64,000 bases of DNA from an uncultured Acidobacteriaceae bacterium. Lineage in GTDB: Bacteria; Acidobacteriota; Terriglobia; Terriglobales; Acidobacteriaceae. Below are positions 1 through 7,794 of the stretch, piece by piece (positions within the stretch are counted from its first letter, which is position 1; each line of letters starts with the position of its first letter). Location: NCBI GenBank assembly GCA_963796615.1, contig CAWCMJ010000019.1, positions 194,486-258,485 of the forward strand, read 5' to 3'. The notes beneath the pieces are model-generated. The model worked only from the letters and a program-made list of their open reading frames with translations. It was not told the DNA's origin and did not search any database. Made by a program: the position numbers and the translations under genes.

Positions 1-136
1 CGATGGCGGCCGCGAACGCAGCAGTCGCGAAGGCCAAGCCGCTCAGTCACAACAAGTACAAAGTCACGCTGGCCAAGGCGGCAGTGAAGCGTGCCATCCT
101 CAACGCTGCCGCCGGACGCGTGGGAGGTGTGGCATG
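1..136 (+). CDS. Partial CDS, 3' end only (unknown product)
   Basis: Frame 2 is open from the window edge to TGA at 134-136 (..AAVAKAKPLSHNKYKVTLAKAAVKRAILNAAAGRVGGVA*). The stop overlaps the next start (ATGA). Confidence 0.3.
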
Positions 137-373
137 ACGATGTGGCTCGATCAGGAACGCTTCGACACCACCAGCGAGACCCTCTGCACCTCGCTGCGCT
201 GGAAGCAGCAGTTCATTAGCGCCGAGCACGACCCCACGGTGCCGCCCTCGAACGACGGCCTGTTCTGGTGCATGCACACCCAGACCTGCATCGGCCCCGA
301 CGGCCAGTTGGCCGAACCGGGCAACTGCGCGTCGCCGGAGCGTAAGTGCCATGGGACCAGGAAGTGCGGGTGA
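134..373 (+). CDS. Small Cys-rich hypothetical protein (79 aa)
   Basis: ORF track. Six Cys including FWCMHTQTCIGPDG. ATGA overlap with the upstream ORF. The antisense ORF 47..394 has typical high-GC junk composition. Confidence 0.4.
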   Translation: MTMWLDQERFDTTSETLCTSLRWKQQFISAEHDPTVPPSNDGLFWCMHTQTCIGPDGQLAEPGNCASPERKCHGTRKCG

Positions 374-375
374 AC

Positions 376-1080
376 CTAGGGAAGCTGGCTGCATGAGCTC
401 CGGGTTGGGCCAGCGAGGGTCAATGTCTGTACTTTGTTCCGGTTGTGCCAGACCTTCAGAAACTCGTCTTTCGGAGCGATGTAGGCCTTTCCATCGACAC
501 AGACTAGCCCGAATGAACCTGCGTCGTTTAGGCCCGGCTCTCCCGGAATCTCTGCCAAACCTGTGACTGTGTGCAAATAGTAGATGTATGCGAAGGTAAC
601 GGGCCTAGGCGCAGGGCCAGAAATCGGCTCGACTGTTTCGACATAGGCGTTGCCATAGCGTCTTGTGCCATCGGCCCTTCCGCCATGGACGAACCACGCT
701 CGGGTCTCTTCCTCAAGTTCGCCTAACGGCTTTATCGAATTGATGTTTGCCACGAGTGTTTCAAACTCGGGTCGCGATAGTTGCGTCGAATGCAGGGGAT
801 CTAGTCCCGACTTTGGCTCAACCGCGAATTCAACAAGCGTGCCGTCGTCCGCAAAGGTTGGCGACAAGATGTAATCTTCGGGTAACGAGAACTTCGGCTT
901 GATCGTGTCCGTCGCCTGCCCATAAAGAACAATCAGAGAGGCGATAACGGTGCTTCGCTCGTCAGGCGACGGCTGCGGTCTTGGAGTCGCTTGAGCAGTC
1001 CCGGCAACACAGGAGATCAGGGCCCACAGAAGCCATGCCGATGCACACCGCCCAATTGTCGAGCCAACGGGAAATCTCAT
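376..1080 (-). CDS. Secreted hypothetical protein (234 aa)
   Basis: N-terminal signal peptide (SAWLLWALISCVAGTAQA) and balanced composition. Convergent with 134..373. Confidence 0.55.
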   Translation of the reverse strand: MRFPVGSTIGRCASAWLLWALISCVAGTAQATPRPQPSPDERSTVIASLIVLYGQATDTIKPKFSLPEDYILSPTFADDGTLVEFAVEPKSGLDPLHSTQLSRPEFETLVANINSIKPLGELEEETRAWFVHGGRADGTRRYGNAYVETVEPISGPAPRPVTFAYIYYLHTVTGLAEIPGEPGLNDAGSFGLVCVDGKAYIAPKDEFLKVWHNRNKVQTLTLAGPTRSSCSQLP

Positions 1081-1270
1081 GTGAGCAAGTTAGAGTGTGC
1101 TACAACCGAAATCAACAACAACCTGCTCGTGATGCGTTCTTGCCTGCCGTTTCCAAATGTGGGAGCCTACTGGACGCTCGCGTCCCGCGCCCCGGATGTG
1201 CCGCCACCCAGCCGCACAAGTTCAAAGCCAAACTCCTCGGATAGGAAGGCTCTTCCGTCGCCGCTCTGCC

Positions 1271-2185
1271 ATGCGCCGTATTACACTCCCAATGGGGTTT
1301 CCAGACTTGCGAACCATCTTTTTCAACTCGCGCGGTCTGCGTGCCGGATGGCGTCTTCTGGTTTTCGTCGCTATCTTTGTCGCTCTCAGTTTCCTGGTAG
1401 ATGAGGTCGCTACCAGGTTCGTCCACGTCACTGAGCGATCTTTCCTTGATCCGGTTTCGTTCATCTACGCTGAACTGCAGTCAGTGGTTCTCGTCTTGAT
1501 CGCTACGTGGACCATGTCGCGCATCGAGCGCCGCCGCTTCGCTCAGTACGGCATCCCCTCCGTTCGCCGATCGTTCGGCCCTGACTTTTGGGTCGGCATC
1601 GTCTGGGGCATCGCTTCTACGTCCGCCATCATCGGCCTGATCGCCGTGTTCGGAGGATACAGCGTTAAAGGACTCGCCATTCACGGTGCTACATTGTGGT
1701 ACTTCGTTGTGGTATGGCTTGTCGCCAATCTGCTCATCGGCTTTGCCGAGGAACTCCAGTTTCGCGCCTACCTGCTGGCTACCACCGCCGACGGCATCGG
1801 ATTCTGGGCCGCGGCAATCCTGCTCTCCGTGGGCTTCGGCGCGATGCATTACTTTCTCAAGCCGCACGAGCGCTGGGAAGACTTCGCCTCCACCGCACTG
1901 CTTGGCTTGTTCCTGTGCTTTACCCTAAGGCGCACCGGCTCGCTGGCCTTCGCCATCGGATTCCATGCCGCCTTCGACTTCGCGAATTTATTTGTCTTCT
2001 CAGGTCAGAACGCCGGCGAATTCGCCGTGGGCCATCTGCTCGACACAACCTGGCACGGCCCCGATTGGCTCACTGGTGGCCTGCTCGGTCCCGAAGCCAG
2101 TTGGATGGTCTTCCCGGTGATCGCCGTCATGTTCGTTGTGTTCGCAGGGCGGTATCGAACGAGCAAGTTCCCACTTCTGGACTGA
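1271..2185 (+). CDS. CPBP family intramembrane glutamic endopeptidase (CAAX protease/Abi family)
   Basis: Motifs FAEELQFRAYL, GFGAMHY and IGFHAAFDF in a multi-TM protein. ATG at 1271 (MRRITLPMG..) is preferred over the upstream ORF start at 1157. Confidence 0.8.
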   Translation: MRRITLPMGFPDLRTIFFNSRGLRAGWRLLVFVAIFVALSFLVDEVATRFVHVTERSFLDPVSFIYAELQSVVLVLIATWTMSRIERRRFAQYGIPSVRRSFGPDFWVGIVWGIASTSAIIGLIAVFGGYSVKGLAIHGATLWYFVVVWLVANLLIGFAEELQFRAYLLATTADGIGFWAAAILLSVGFGAMHYFLKPHERWEDFASTALLGLFLCFTLRRTGSLAFAIGFHAAFDFANLFVFSGQNAGEFAVGHLLDTTWHGPDWLTGGLLGPEASWMVFPVIAVMFVVFAGRYRTSKFPLLD

Positions 2186-2263
2186 CCAACCGTACCAACG
2201 CCCGCACGGCAGCATCCGTACCTTGACAGCCTCCCGGCGGCGGGCGTAAGAACATCTCAGCTT

Positions 2264-2330
2264 GAGGGTGAAGGAGTTCACCCCGAACCGCTGGCCTGCC
2301 TTCTTGCGGGTACAGATGATGACTCCTGAC
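2264..2330 (+). promoter_or_regulatory. Candidate fluoride riboswitch (crcB RNA motif-like)
   Basis: P1 hairpin GGGUGA/UCACCC (2266-2283) has loop AGGAGU, complementary to ACUCCU (2322-2327), giving a pseudoknot. AAC-CGC, a second hairpin at 2291-2315, then UGAUG-ACUCCU-GAC follow. This resembles the remembered consensus GGCGAUGGAGUUCGCC..AAACGC..hairpin..UAAUGACUCCUAC. Deviations: GAAGG for GAUGG and UGAC for UAC. Confidence 0.5.
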
Positions 2331-2499
2331 GAGCGGAACTCGTCGCGGAGGCGTCTCCCCGCCGGGTCTCGAAGCACAACCAAGAACCGTCAGCCGCTGG
2401 ACGGGTTCGCATCACGGGCGGACAAGCTTGCTTCAGCCGGCGCAAAGTGGCTGACTTAATGCTGGTCTGCGACAATAGAAAACGCTTGCGAGACGACCC

Positions 2500-2970
2500 T
2501 TGTCGGACAGCTACAGTACGTTGAATCCCAGCCAGCGGCAGCGCCTGTTGGTCACCTGCCGGCATATTGACAGACTGCTGCGTGATGTCGAAGACACGCT
2601 GCACGCGTCCGCGTCCAAGTCTCCTTTCCCTGATTACGTCAGCGACATCTCTCCCACTCAGCAGCAGGCGATTGAAGCTGACATTGCCCGCATCCGGGCC
2701 CAGCTCCTGCAGGTACTGGCCGGCCAGTCGCTGGCTCCGCTGCCGCCGCGTATCTCGGCGGCGCACTCCATTGACGTGAGCCTCACCTTCGCGGAGATTG
2801 CCATTGCCGAACTGGCGCCGAATTACATGCGCGGGTACGGACCGGTATCGCCCGAGGCGGCGACAGACCTCGGCGGGATTGCGGAAACGCTGCAGTCTGC
2901 CGTAAAACAACTGCATCGCTACCTTTTGCAGACGCACCCTGTCGAGGGAGAGACAGTCCATGACTCATAG
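2500..2970 (+). CDS. Hypothetical, predicted all-helical protein (156 aa), first gene of the DUF190/dynamin operon
   Basis: ORF with a TTG start (no in-frame ATG near the 5' end; an alternative TTG lies at 2521). Plausible composition (IEADIARIRAQLLQVL). The antisense ORF 2278..2961 is Arg-rich junk. Confidence 0.5.
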   Translation: MSDSYSTLNPSQRQRLLVTCRHIDRLLRDVEDTLHASASKSPFPDYVSDISPTQQQAIEADIARIRAQLLQVLAGQSLAPLPPRISAAHSIDVSLTFAEIAIAELAPNYMRGYGPVSPEAATDLGGIAETLQSAVKQLHRYLLQTHPVEGETVHDS

Positions 2971-3033
2971 GACGCCGGCGCTTCTGGACCACGACGGCGG
3001 AAGCTCGCCGCGGAGTAGAAATCGAGGAGGAGC

Positions 3034-4110
3034 ATGCTTACCACCGGACCAGCCAAGAAAGTGAGCGTCTACGTCATCGAGGGCCACACCTATCACGGCA
3101 CCGCTTGTTATGCGGCCATCCTCGATTACCTGTTCTTCCGGGGCATCTCCGATGCAACCGTTACCCGCGGCATGGCCGGCTTCGGGACTGACCACAAGCT
3201 GCACACCTCGCGACTAGTGCAGGTTTCTGACCAGATGCCGATCAAGATCGAGTTCATCGAGACCGCGGAGCGGGTCGAGCAAGTCTTGCCCAAGCTGACC
3301 GAGATCGCCGCGCATGGACTGATCGAGGTGCACGATACGACGGTGATCTGCCCGTCCACCGACAAAGACAAGCTGCAAGCGGAAGTGCCCGCCGTCAAAC
3401 TCGAGTCCAAAGCCAAGATGATGCGAATCCTGATTGGCGAGCACGACCGATGGCACGACCAACCTCTTTATCACGCGCTGGTGCAGGCCTTGCGGTCGAA
3501 CGACATCGCCGGAGTCACGGTGTACCGGGGAATCCTGGGGTACGGGGCGAACCGCCGCATTCACAAGGATTCGACGCTTAACCTGTCTCACGATGCGCCC
3601 ATCCTGCTGACGGCGGTCGATAGCGAGGAGAAGCTGCGGGCGGTCATTCCGGTTCTCGACCAGATGGTGCTGCAAGGGTTGGTGGTGCTCTCCGACGTCG
3701 ATGTCATCAAGTATTCGCACGCTCAACCTCTGGCCGGAGACACTGGGGGTGCAGAAATGAAGCTGGTTGGCCAAGCCAAGATGTTGCGCATTTACTTCGG
3801 TGAGGACGACCGGTGGCAGGGGCGTCCGCTGTACCAGGCCATCGTCGAGCGCTGCCGCGAGTTGGACATTGCCGGCGCCTCGGTGTATCGCGGTTTTGAA
3901 GGCTATGGGGCGAGCACCATGATCCGCAAGTCGCATCTGTTCCGGCGGTCGTCGGATGCGCCAATTCTGGTGCAGATCGTTGACACCGCGGAGAACATCC
4001 AGCGCCTGATACCGGCATTGGACGAAATGGTAGCGGAAGGACTAATCGCCACCTCCGACGTTGAGGTCATCAAGTACGTGCATCAGCAGGGAGAGCATCC
4101 ACAGTTGTGA
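3034..4110 (+). CDS. Triple DUF190 (UPF0166, PII/GlnB-like fold) domain protein
   Basis: Three tandem copies of about 100 aa of the DUF190 signature: KVSVYVIEGHT..VTRGMAGFG; KMMRILIGEHDRWHDQPLYHALV..VTVYRGILGYG; KMLRIYFGEDDRWQGRPLYQAIV..ASVYRGFEGYG. Each ends in (E/D)V.VIKY. Confidence 0.85.
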   Translation: MLTTGPAKKVSVYVIEGHTYHGTACYAAILDYLFFRGISDATVTRGMAGFGTDHKLHTSRLVQVSDQMPIKIEFIETAERVEQVLPKLTEIAAHGLIEVHDTTVICPSTDKDKLQAEVPAVKLESKAKMMRILIGEHDRWHDQPLYHALVQALRSNDIAGVTVYRGILGYGANRRIHKDSTLNLSHDAPILLTAVDSEEKLRAVIPVLDQMVLQGLVVLSDVDVIKYSHAQPLAGDTGGAEMKLVGQAKMLRIYFGEDDRWQGRPLYQAIVERCRELDIAGASVYRGFEGYGASTMIRKSHLFRRSSDAPILVQIVDTAENIQRLIPALDEMVAEGLIATSDVEVIKYVHQQGEHPQL

Positions 4111-4889
4111 CCACGGCAAACTCCGACTCGGGGAACTGCGGACCGCCGGCGACGCTGCCGAGCATCTTCGCGCGAGAGGCGGAGATCGAGGAACTGCGAG
4201 CGCGCTTCGGCCGGCGACGGTCGTTTCTGTTGCATGGGCCCGCAGGCGTCGGCAAGACCTTATTATTGTCGGCCGTATGTCCGGAATTCCGTGATGTGCT
4301 GTGCTGCGCGCTGAATCCGACCCCGCAGGCGCTGTACAGGAACCTGGCGGGAGCGCTGTTCGCGGCGCGAGACCAAAAGATCACGAAGGCGTGCCCGGGC
4401 GGATTCGCGGCCCTGCAAGAACAGAAGTCGGCGGTGGCGTTGAAAGGCATCGTACGCGAGGCGCTGCGAAATTCCGGATACCTGCTGGTGCTCGATCACC
4501 TCGCACGCCCCTCGCAGTCGCTGGCGGCATCGATCCGCGAGTTGATGGTGGAGTGTTCCCTGCCGGTGGTCGCGGTATCGCGGTCCGCTCACATGGAAGA
4601 CGCGGGTTTCGTCTTGCCGCTGTTTCCAGATAGGGCTGAGAAATTCGCGTTGCGGAATTTCGATTCCGAAACGGCGACACGTTTTGCCGCGTGGTGTGCG
4701 CACCGCGAAGGATTGACCGCCGAAAACCTGCAGCAGTTTCTGGACAAGGTCGCGGTTTACAGCGCAGGCAATCCCGGCGCCATCGAGCACATGATTCGGC
4801 TGGCGAAATCGCCCCAGTACTCCTGCGGCGGGCAGATCAAGACGGCCCCGCTGTACATCGACTTCAAGATGGCGATGGTCAGTCAATGA
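4107..4889 (+). CDS. AAA-type ATPase (P-loop NTPase, ORC/Cdc6-like)
   Basis: Walker A LLHGPAGVGKTLLL and Walker B-like LLVLDH. The GTG start overlaps the upstream stop (GTGA at 4107-4110). Confidence 0.7.
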   Translation: MTTANSDSGNCGPPATLPSIFAREAEIEELRARFGRRRSFLLHGPAGVGKTLLLSAVCPEFRDVLCCALNPTPQALYRNLAGALFAARDQKITKACPGGFAALQEQKSAVALKGIVREALRNSGYLLVLDHLARPSQSLAASIRELMVECSLPVVAVSRSAHMEDAGFVLPLFPDRAEKFALRNFDSETATRFAAWCAHREGLTAENLQQFLDKVAVYSAGNPGAIEHMIRLAKSPQYSCGGQIKTAPLYIDFKMAMVSQ

Positions 4890-6634
4890 GCTCCGATCCG
4901 GCCGCCAACCTGCCACGGGTGAATGACCCTGCAGTTTCCACCCCGGCTGCGACCGATGGGCAATCTCTCAACCGGCTGGCGGAAGTCGCCGATCAACTCG
5001 GCGAAAGCGCGATCGCCGCCAACATCCGGCAGCTCGCGACCAGGGTCCACGAAGGCCGCTTCTTCGTGGCTTGCGTCGGCCAGTTCAAGCGCGGCAAGTC
5101 AACCCTGCTCAACGCCCTCACCGGAGAAGCCATCCTGCCGACCGGCGTGGTGCCGGTGACGGCGGTGCCCACGGTGCTTCGCTACGGCAACGCGCGATCC
5201 GCGCGTGTCCTGATTGGCGGCGCATGGAGCCCGGTGCCGGCCGAAGACCTTGCGCAGTACGTTTCCGAGGAGTTGAATCCGGAAAACTCGAAGCAGCTTG
5301 AAGGCGTCGAGGTATTTCTTCCGTCGCCGCTGCTGGCCTCGGGCATGTGCCTGGTCGATACCCCGGGAATTGGTTCGGTCTTCGCCGGAAACACCGAGAC
5401 GGCGAAGGACTTCATCCCGCAGATTGACGCCGCCATCCTGGTGGTGGGCGCCGATCCGCCCATCTCGGGCGAAGAACTCGCGCTCATTGAGGCCGTGGCC
5501 GCCAACGTTTGTGAGATTGTGATCGTGCTGAACAAGATCGACCGCGTTTCCCTGGCGGATCGAAAAGAAGCGTCGGCATTCGCCCGCAAGATTCTGCGGA
5601 CGCGGCTGAAAAAGCCCGTGGTTCGCATCTATGAGGTCAGCGCGCTCAACCGCTTGAACAGCTCAAACACCGGCGACGACTGGAGCGCGCTGCTCTCGGA
5701 CCTCGCCGCCCTCGCCGCCGGCTTCGGCCAGGCCATGACGCGTTCGGCCGCCGAGCGCGGGCTTCGCCGCTTTTCGGCTTCCCTGCAGCGTTCCATCGCC
5801 GAACGCCGCCGCGCATTGCACGAGCCGATCGCGGCCTCCGAGCAGCGCATGGTAACGCTGCGGGCAACGCTGGACGAGGCCGAGCAATGGCTGCGCGATC
5901 TGGGCACGCTCTTTTCGGCGGAACAGTTGCGGCTCTCCAACGCACTGCTGGCGCGCCGCAAAGAGTTCTTACGAAGTGCGCTGCCGCAGGCGAGAAACGA
6001 ACTCACGCTCGAATGCAATGGAGTCACAACGGCGTTTGGCCCGGCACGACGACGCGAAATGCTGGCCCTGGCACAGGGCGTCGCGCGCCGCCACGTCATG
6101 CCCTGGCTAGACAACGAGGAGACACAGGCCGAAGAGCTCTACGGTGCGGTCACGCAGCGCTTCGTCAATCTGGTGAATGGTTTACTGCAGCGGATCGCCG
6201 AAGAGCAGTCCGATTGCTTCTGCAATTTGCCCAAGTCTCTGGAAACCGAACAGGGCTTCCGCATCCGCTCCCGCTTTTATTTCCAGGACATGATCGGCAT
6301 CGCGCAGCCGGCGTCGCCGCTCATCTATGTGTCGGACGTGCTGCTCGGGATTCTCGGCATACGCTATTTTTTCCGGAAGTCCGCCAACAACTTCCTCGAG
6401 CTCTTGATGGATACCAATGCCTCGCGCGTCCAGGGCGATGTGGAACAGCGGGTAGTCGAGAGCCGCCAGCGACTGGAGTTCGAAGTGCGCAAACTGCTTC
6501 GCGAGGTAAGCACCTCTGCCGAGCAGGCCCTAACCACGGCGCGGGCGCTCGTGGACGCAGGCAGTACTGCCGTAGAAACTGAGCTTGCGCGCCTTCGGGG
6601 CCTCAAACAACAGATCGCGGCCGCCGCCGCGTGA
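4886..6634 (+). CDS. Dynamin-like GTPase (bacterial dynamin-like protein)
   Basis: G1 GQFKRGKSTLLNAL, G3 LVDTPGIGS, G4 LNKID, and a long helical C-terminal stalk. The ATG at 4886 overlaps the ATPase stop (ATGA). The upstream part of ORF 4691..6634 is an out-of-context extension. Confidence 0.8.
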   Translation: MSSDPAANLPRVNDPAVSTPAATDGQSLNRLAEVADQLGESAIAANIRQLATRVHEGRFFVACVGQFKRGKSTLLNALTGEAILPTGVVPVTAVPTVLRYGNARSARVLIGGAWSPVPAEDLAQYVSEELNPENSKQLEGVEVFLPSPLLASGMCLVDTPGIGSVFAGNTETAKDFIPQIDAAILVVGADPPISGEELALIEAVAANVCEIVIVLNKIDRVSLADRKEASAFARKILRTRLKKPVVRIYEVSALNRLNSSNTGDDWSALLSDLAALAAGFGQAMTRSAAERGLRRFSASLQRSIAERRRALHEPIAASEQRMVTLRATLDEAEQWLRDLGTLFSAEQLRLSNALLARRKEFLRSALPQARNELTLECNGVTTAFGPARRREMLALAQGVARRHVMPWLDNEETQAEELYGAVTQRFVNLVNGLLQRIAEEQSDCFCNLPKSLETEQGFRIRSRFYFQDMIGIAQPASPLIYVSDVLLGILGIRYFFRKSANNFLELLMDTNASRVQGDVEQRVVESRQRLEFEVRKLLREVSTSAEQALTTARALVDAGSTAVETELARLRGLKQQIAAAAA

Positions 6635-6851
6635 TCCCTTTCCCGAAATCGCCAAAGCCATCGACCTTATGACGGACGAGACAATCTCCGTCAGCGACCA
6701 CCAGTTGAAAGAGCTTGGGTGTTCGAGTGTGCCTCCTGCGGCCGGGCAGGAGGCGTCACAGTACGGCAGGCACCCCCCACACGATAGCTCATTTTATTGA
6801 TAACTGTTTTATTTGTAATAGCTTACTGCGATTAACCTCTCGGCAGCAATG

Positions 6852-6892
6852 GTGGCCACTATATTGACATTTGGTGGCCACTTCGGTATATT
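6852..6892 (+). promoter_or_regulatory. Sigma70-like promoter (TTGACA-17 nt-TATATT) bracketed by two GTGGCCAC palindromes
   Basis: TTGACA at 6864-6869 and TATATT at 6887-6892 with a 17-nt spacer. The palindrome GTGGCCAC sits at 6852-6859 and 6874-6881. AGGAG at 6911-6915 precedes the ATG at 6923. Confidence 0.55.
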
Positions 6893-6922
6893 TGATTTGG
6901 AATTGCAGTCAGGAGATTTGTT

Positions 6923-7351
6923 ATGGATATCGACTTTCTATCGGCGGTTCGCTCCCTGTCATCCTTGCGGCAGGAACCAGAGCTTGAAAACCGCCTCTCC
7001 GAATTGCTCCAAAACACTTCAGGCAACGCTCCCTTGACCATCAAGGGCGCTCGGGATAAGTTCAGTGCGGTCAATAGTATGGCAAAACGCGGACGGATCA
7101 TGATTATAAAAGGGAGGCCGGGAGAGGAAACGGTCATTGTCTCTATCAAGTCCCTCGCTGCGTTGATCCGGGCGGCATCTGCCAACTTGAGCTTCGCCGA
7201 TGCGCTTGACGCTGCCGGATTTCAACCTGCGGGGCAGCGACTTATACAGAGCGAGGGCTTCAAGCGTGACGACAACCTCGTACTCAAGTCGCAACCGGAC
7301 GAGGCCGGCGAATTGAATACGGGAGAGCTTGCAGCGGGCGCCGAAAACTAG
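6923..7351 (+). CDS. Phd/YefM-like antitoxin-family protein with N- and C-terminal extensions (142 aa)
   Basis: The core LTIKGARDKFSAVNSMAKRGRIMIIKGRPGEETVIVSIKSLAALI resembles the Phd/YefM fold signature (..ITR.G.P.AVLVS.eeyeal). Good SD. First gene behind the promoter. Confidence 0.55.
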   Translation: MDIDFLSAVRSLSSLRQEPELENRLSELLQNTSGNAPLTIKGARDKFSAVNSMAKRGRIMIIKGRPGEETVIVSIKSLAALIRAASANLSFADALDAAGFQPAGQRLIQSEGFKRDDNLVLKSQPDEAGELNTGELAAGAEN

Positions 7352-7362
7352 GCAGTTGCCGT

Positions 7363-7794
7363 ATGATTTACTTGCTCTCAACCCAATCTCTGCTCGATTT
7401 AGTCACCGGGGAAGTCCTAATGACGACTTGGCTGCGAGGGATACCCTTGCAGCCGGTCGAAATCAGCACCGTGTCCATTGGCCGCGTTCTGGAAACGATC
7501 CGGAAGGTCGAGAACATCGCCGCCCGGAAGCACTATGAGCGGCAGCTTTCCATTATCGTGACCGCTGCCAACCACATTCAGGGCGTGGTACCGTTCGATG
7601 AGGATGCGGCTAAAATCTGGTCCGAGTTGCAGGGCCTGACGCTAAAATATACTCTGCCCGACGGAACCATGACCGACTTGAGCAGCGAGTCGCGCATGGT
7701 CGTTGCCACCGCGCTCGCTCGCGGCGCGACGCTGGTCGAGGCCCAGCAACCCTATCACCAGTCCATTGAGCGCTTGACCATCGAAAGCCCATGA
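7363..7794 (+). CDS. PIN-domain (VapC/FitB-like) protein, apparently lacking canonical acidic catalytic residues
   Basis: MIYLLSTQSLL (compare ..LLDTNV..), V..WL, VVPFDEDAAKIWSEL (compare ilpFD..aA..wa.L), and SRMVVATALARGATLVE (compare D..IAAtAl.hg..LvT.N). By eye the D/E/D/D positions read S/R/E-or-S/none. Confidence 0.6.
   Translation: MIYLLSTQSLLDLVTGEVLMTTWLRGIPLQPVEISTVSIGRVLETIRKVENIAARKHYERQLSIIVTAANHIQGVVPFDEDAAKIWSELQGLTLKYTLPDGTMTDLSSESRMVVATALARGATLVEAQQPYHQSIERLTIESP

Noticed and set aside
2262-2459. 65-aa ORF in the operon leader
   Set aside because: It overlaps the riboswitch-like structure. It is Arg/Ser/Pro-rich with no SD, so it is more likely noncoding leader.
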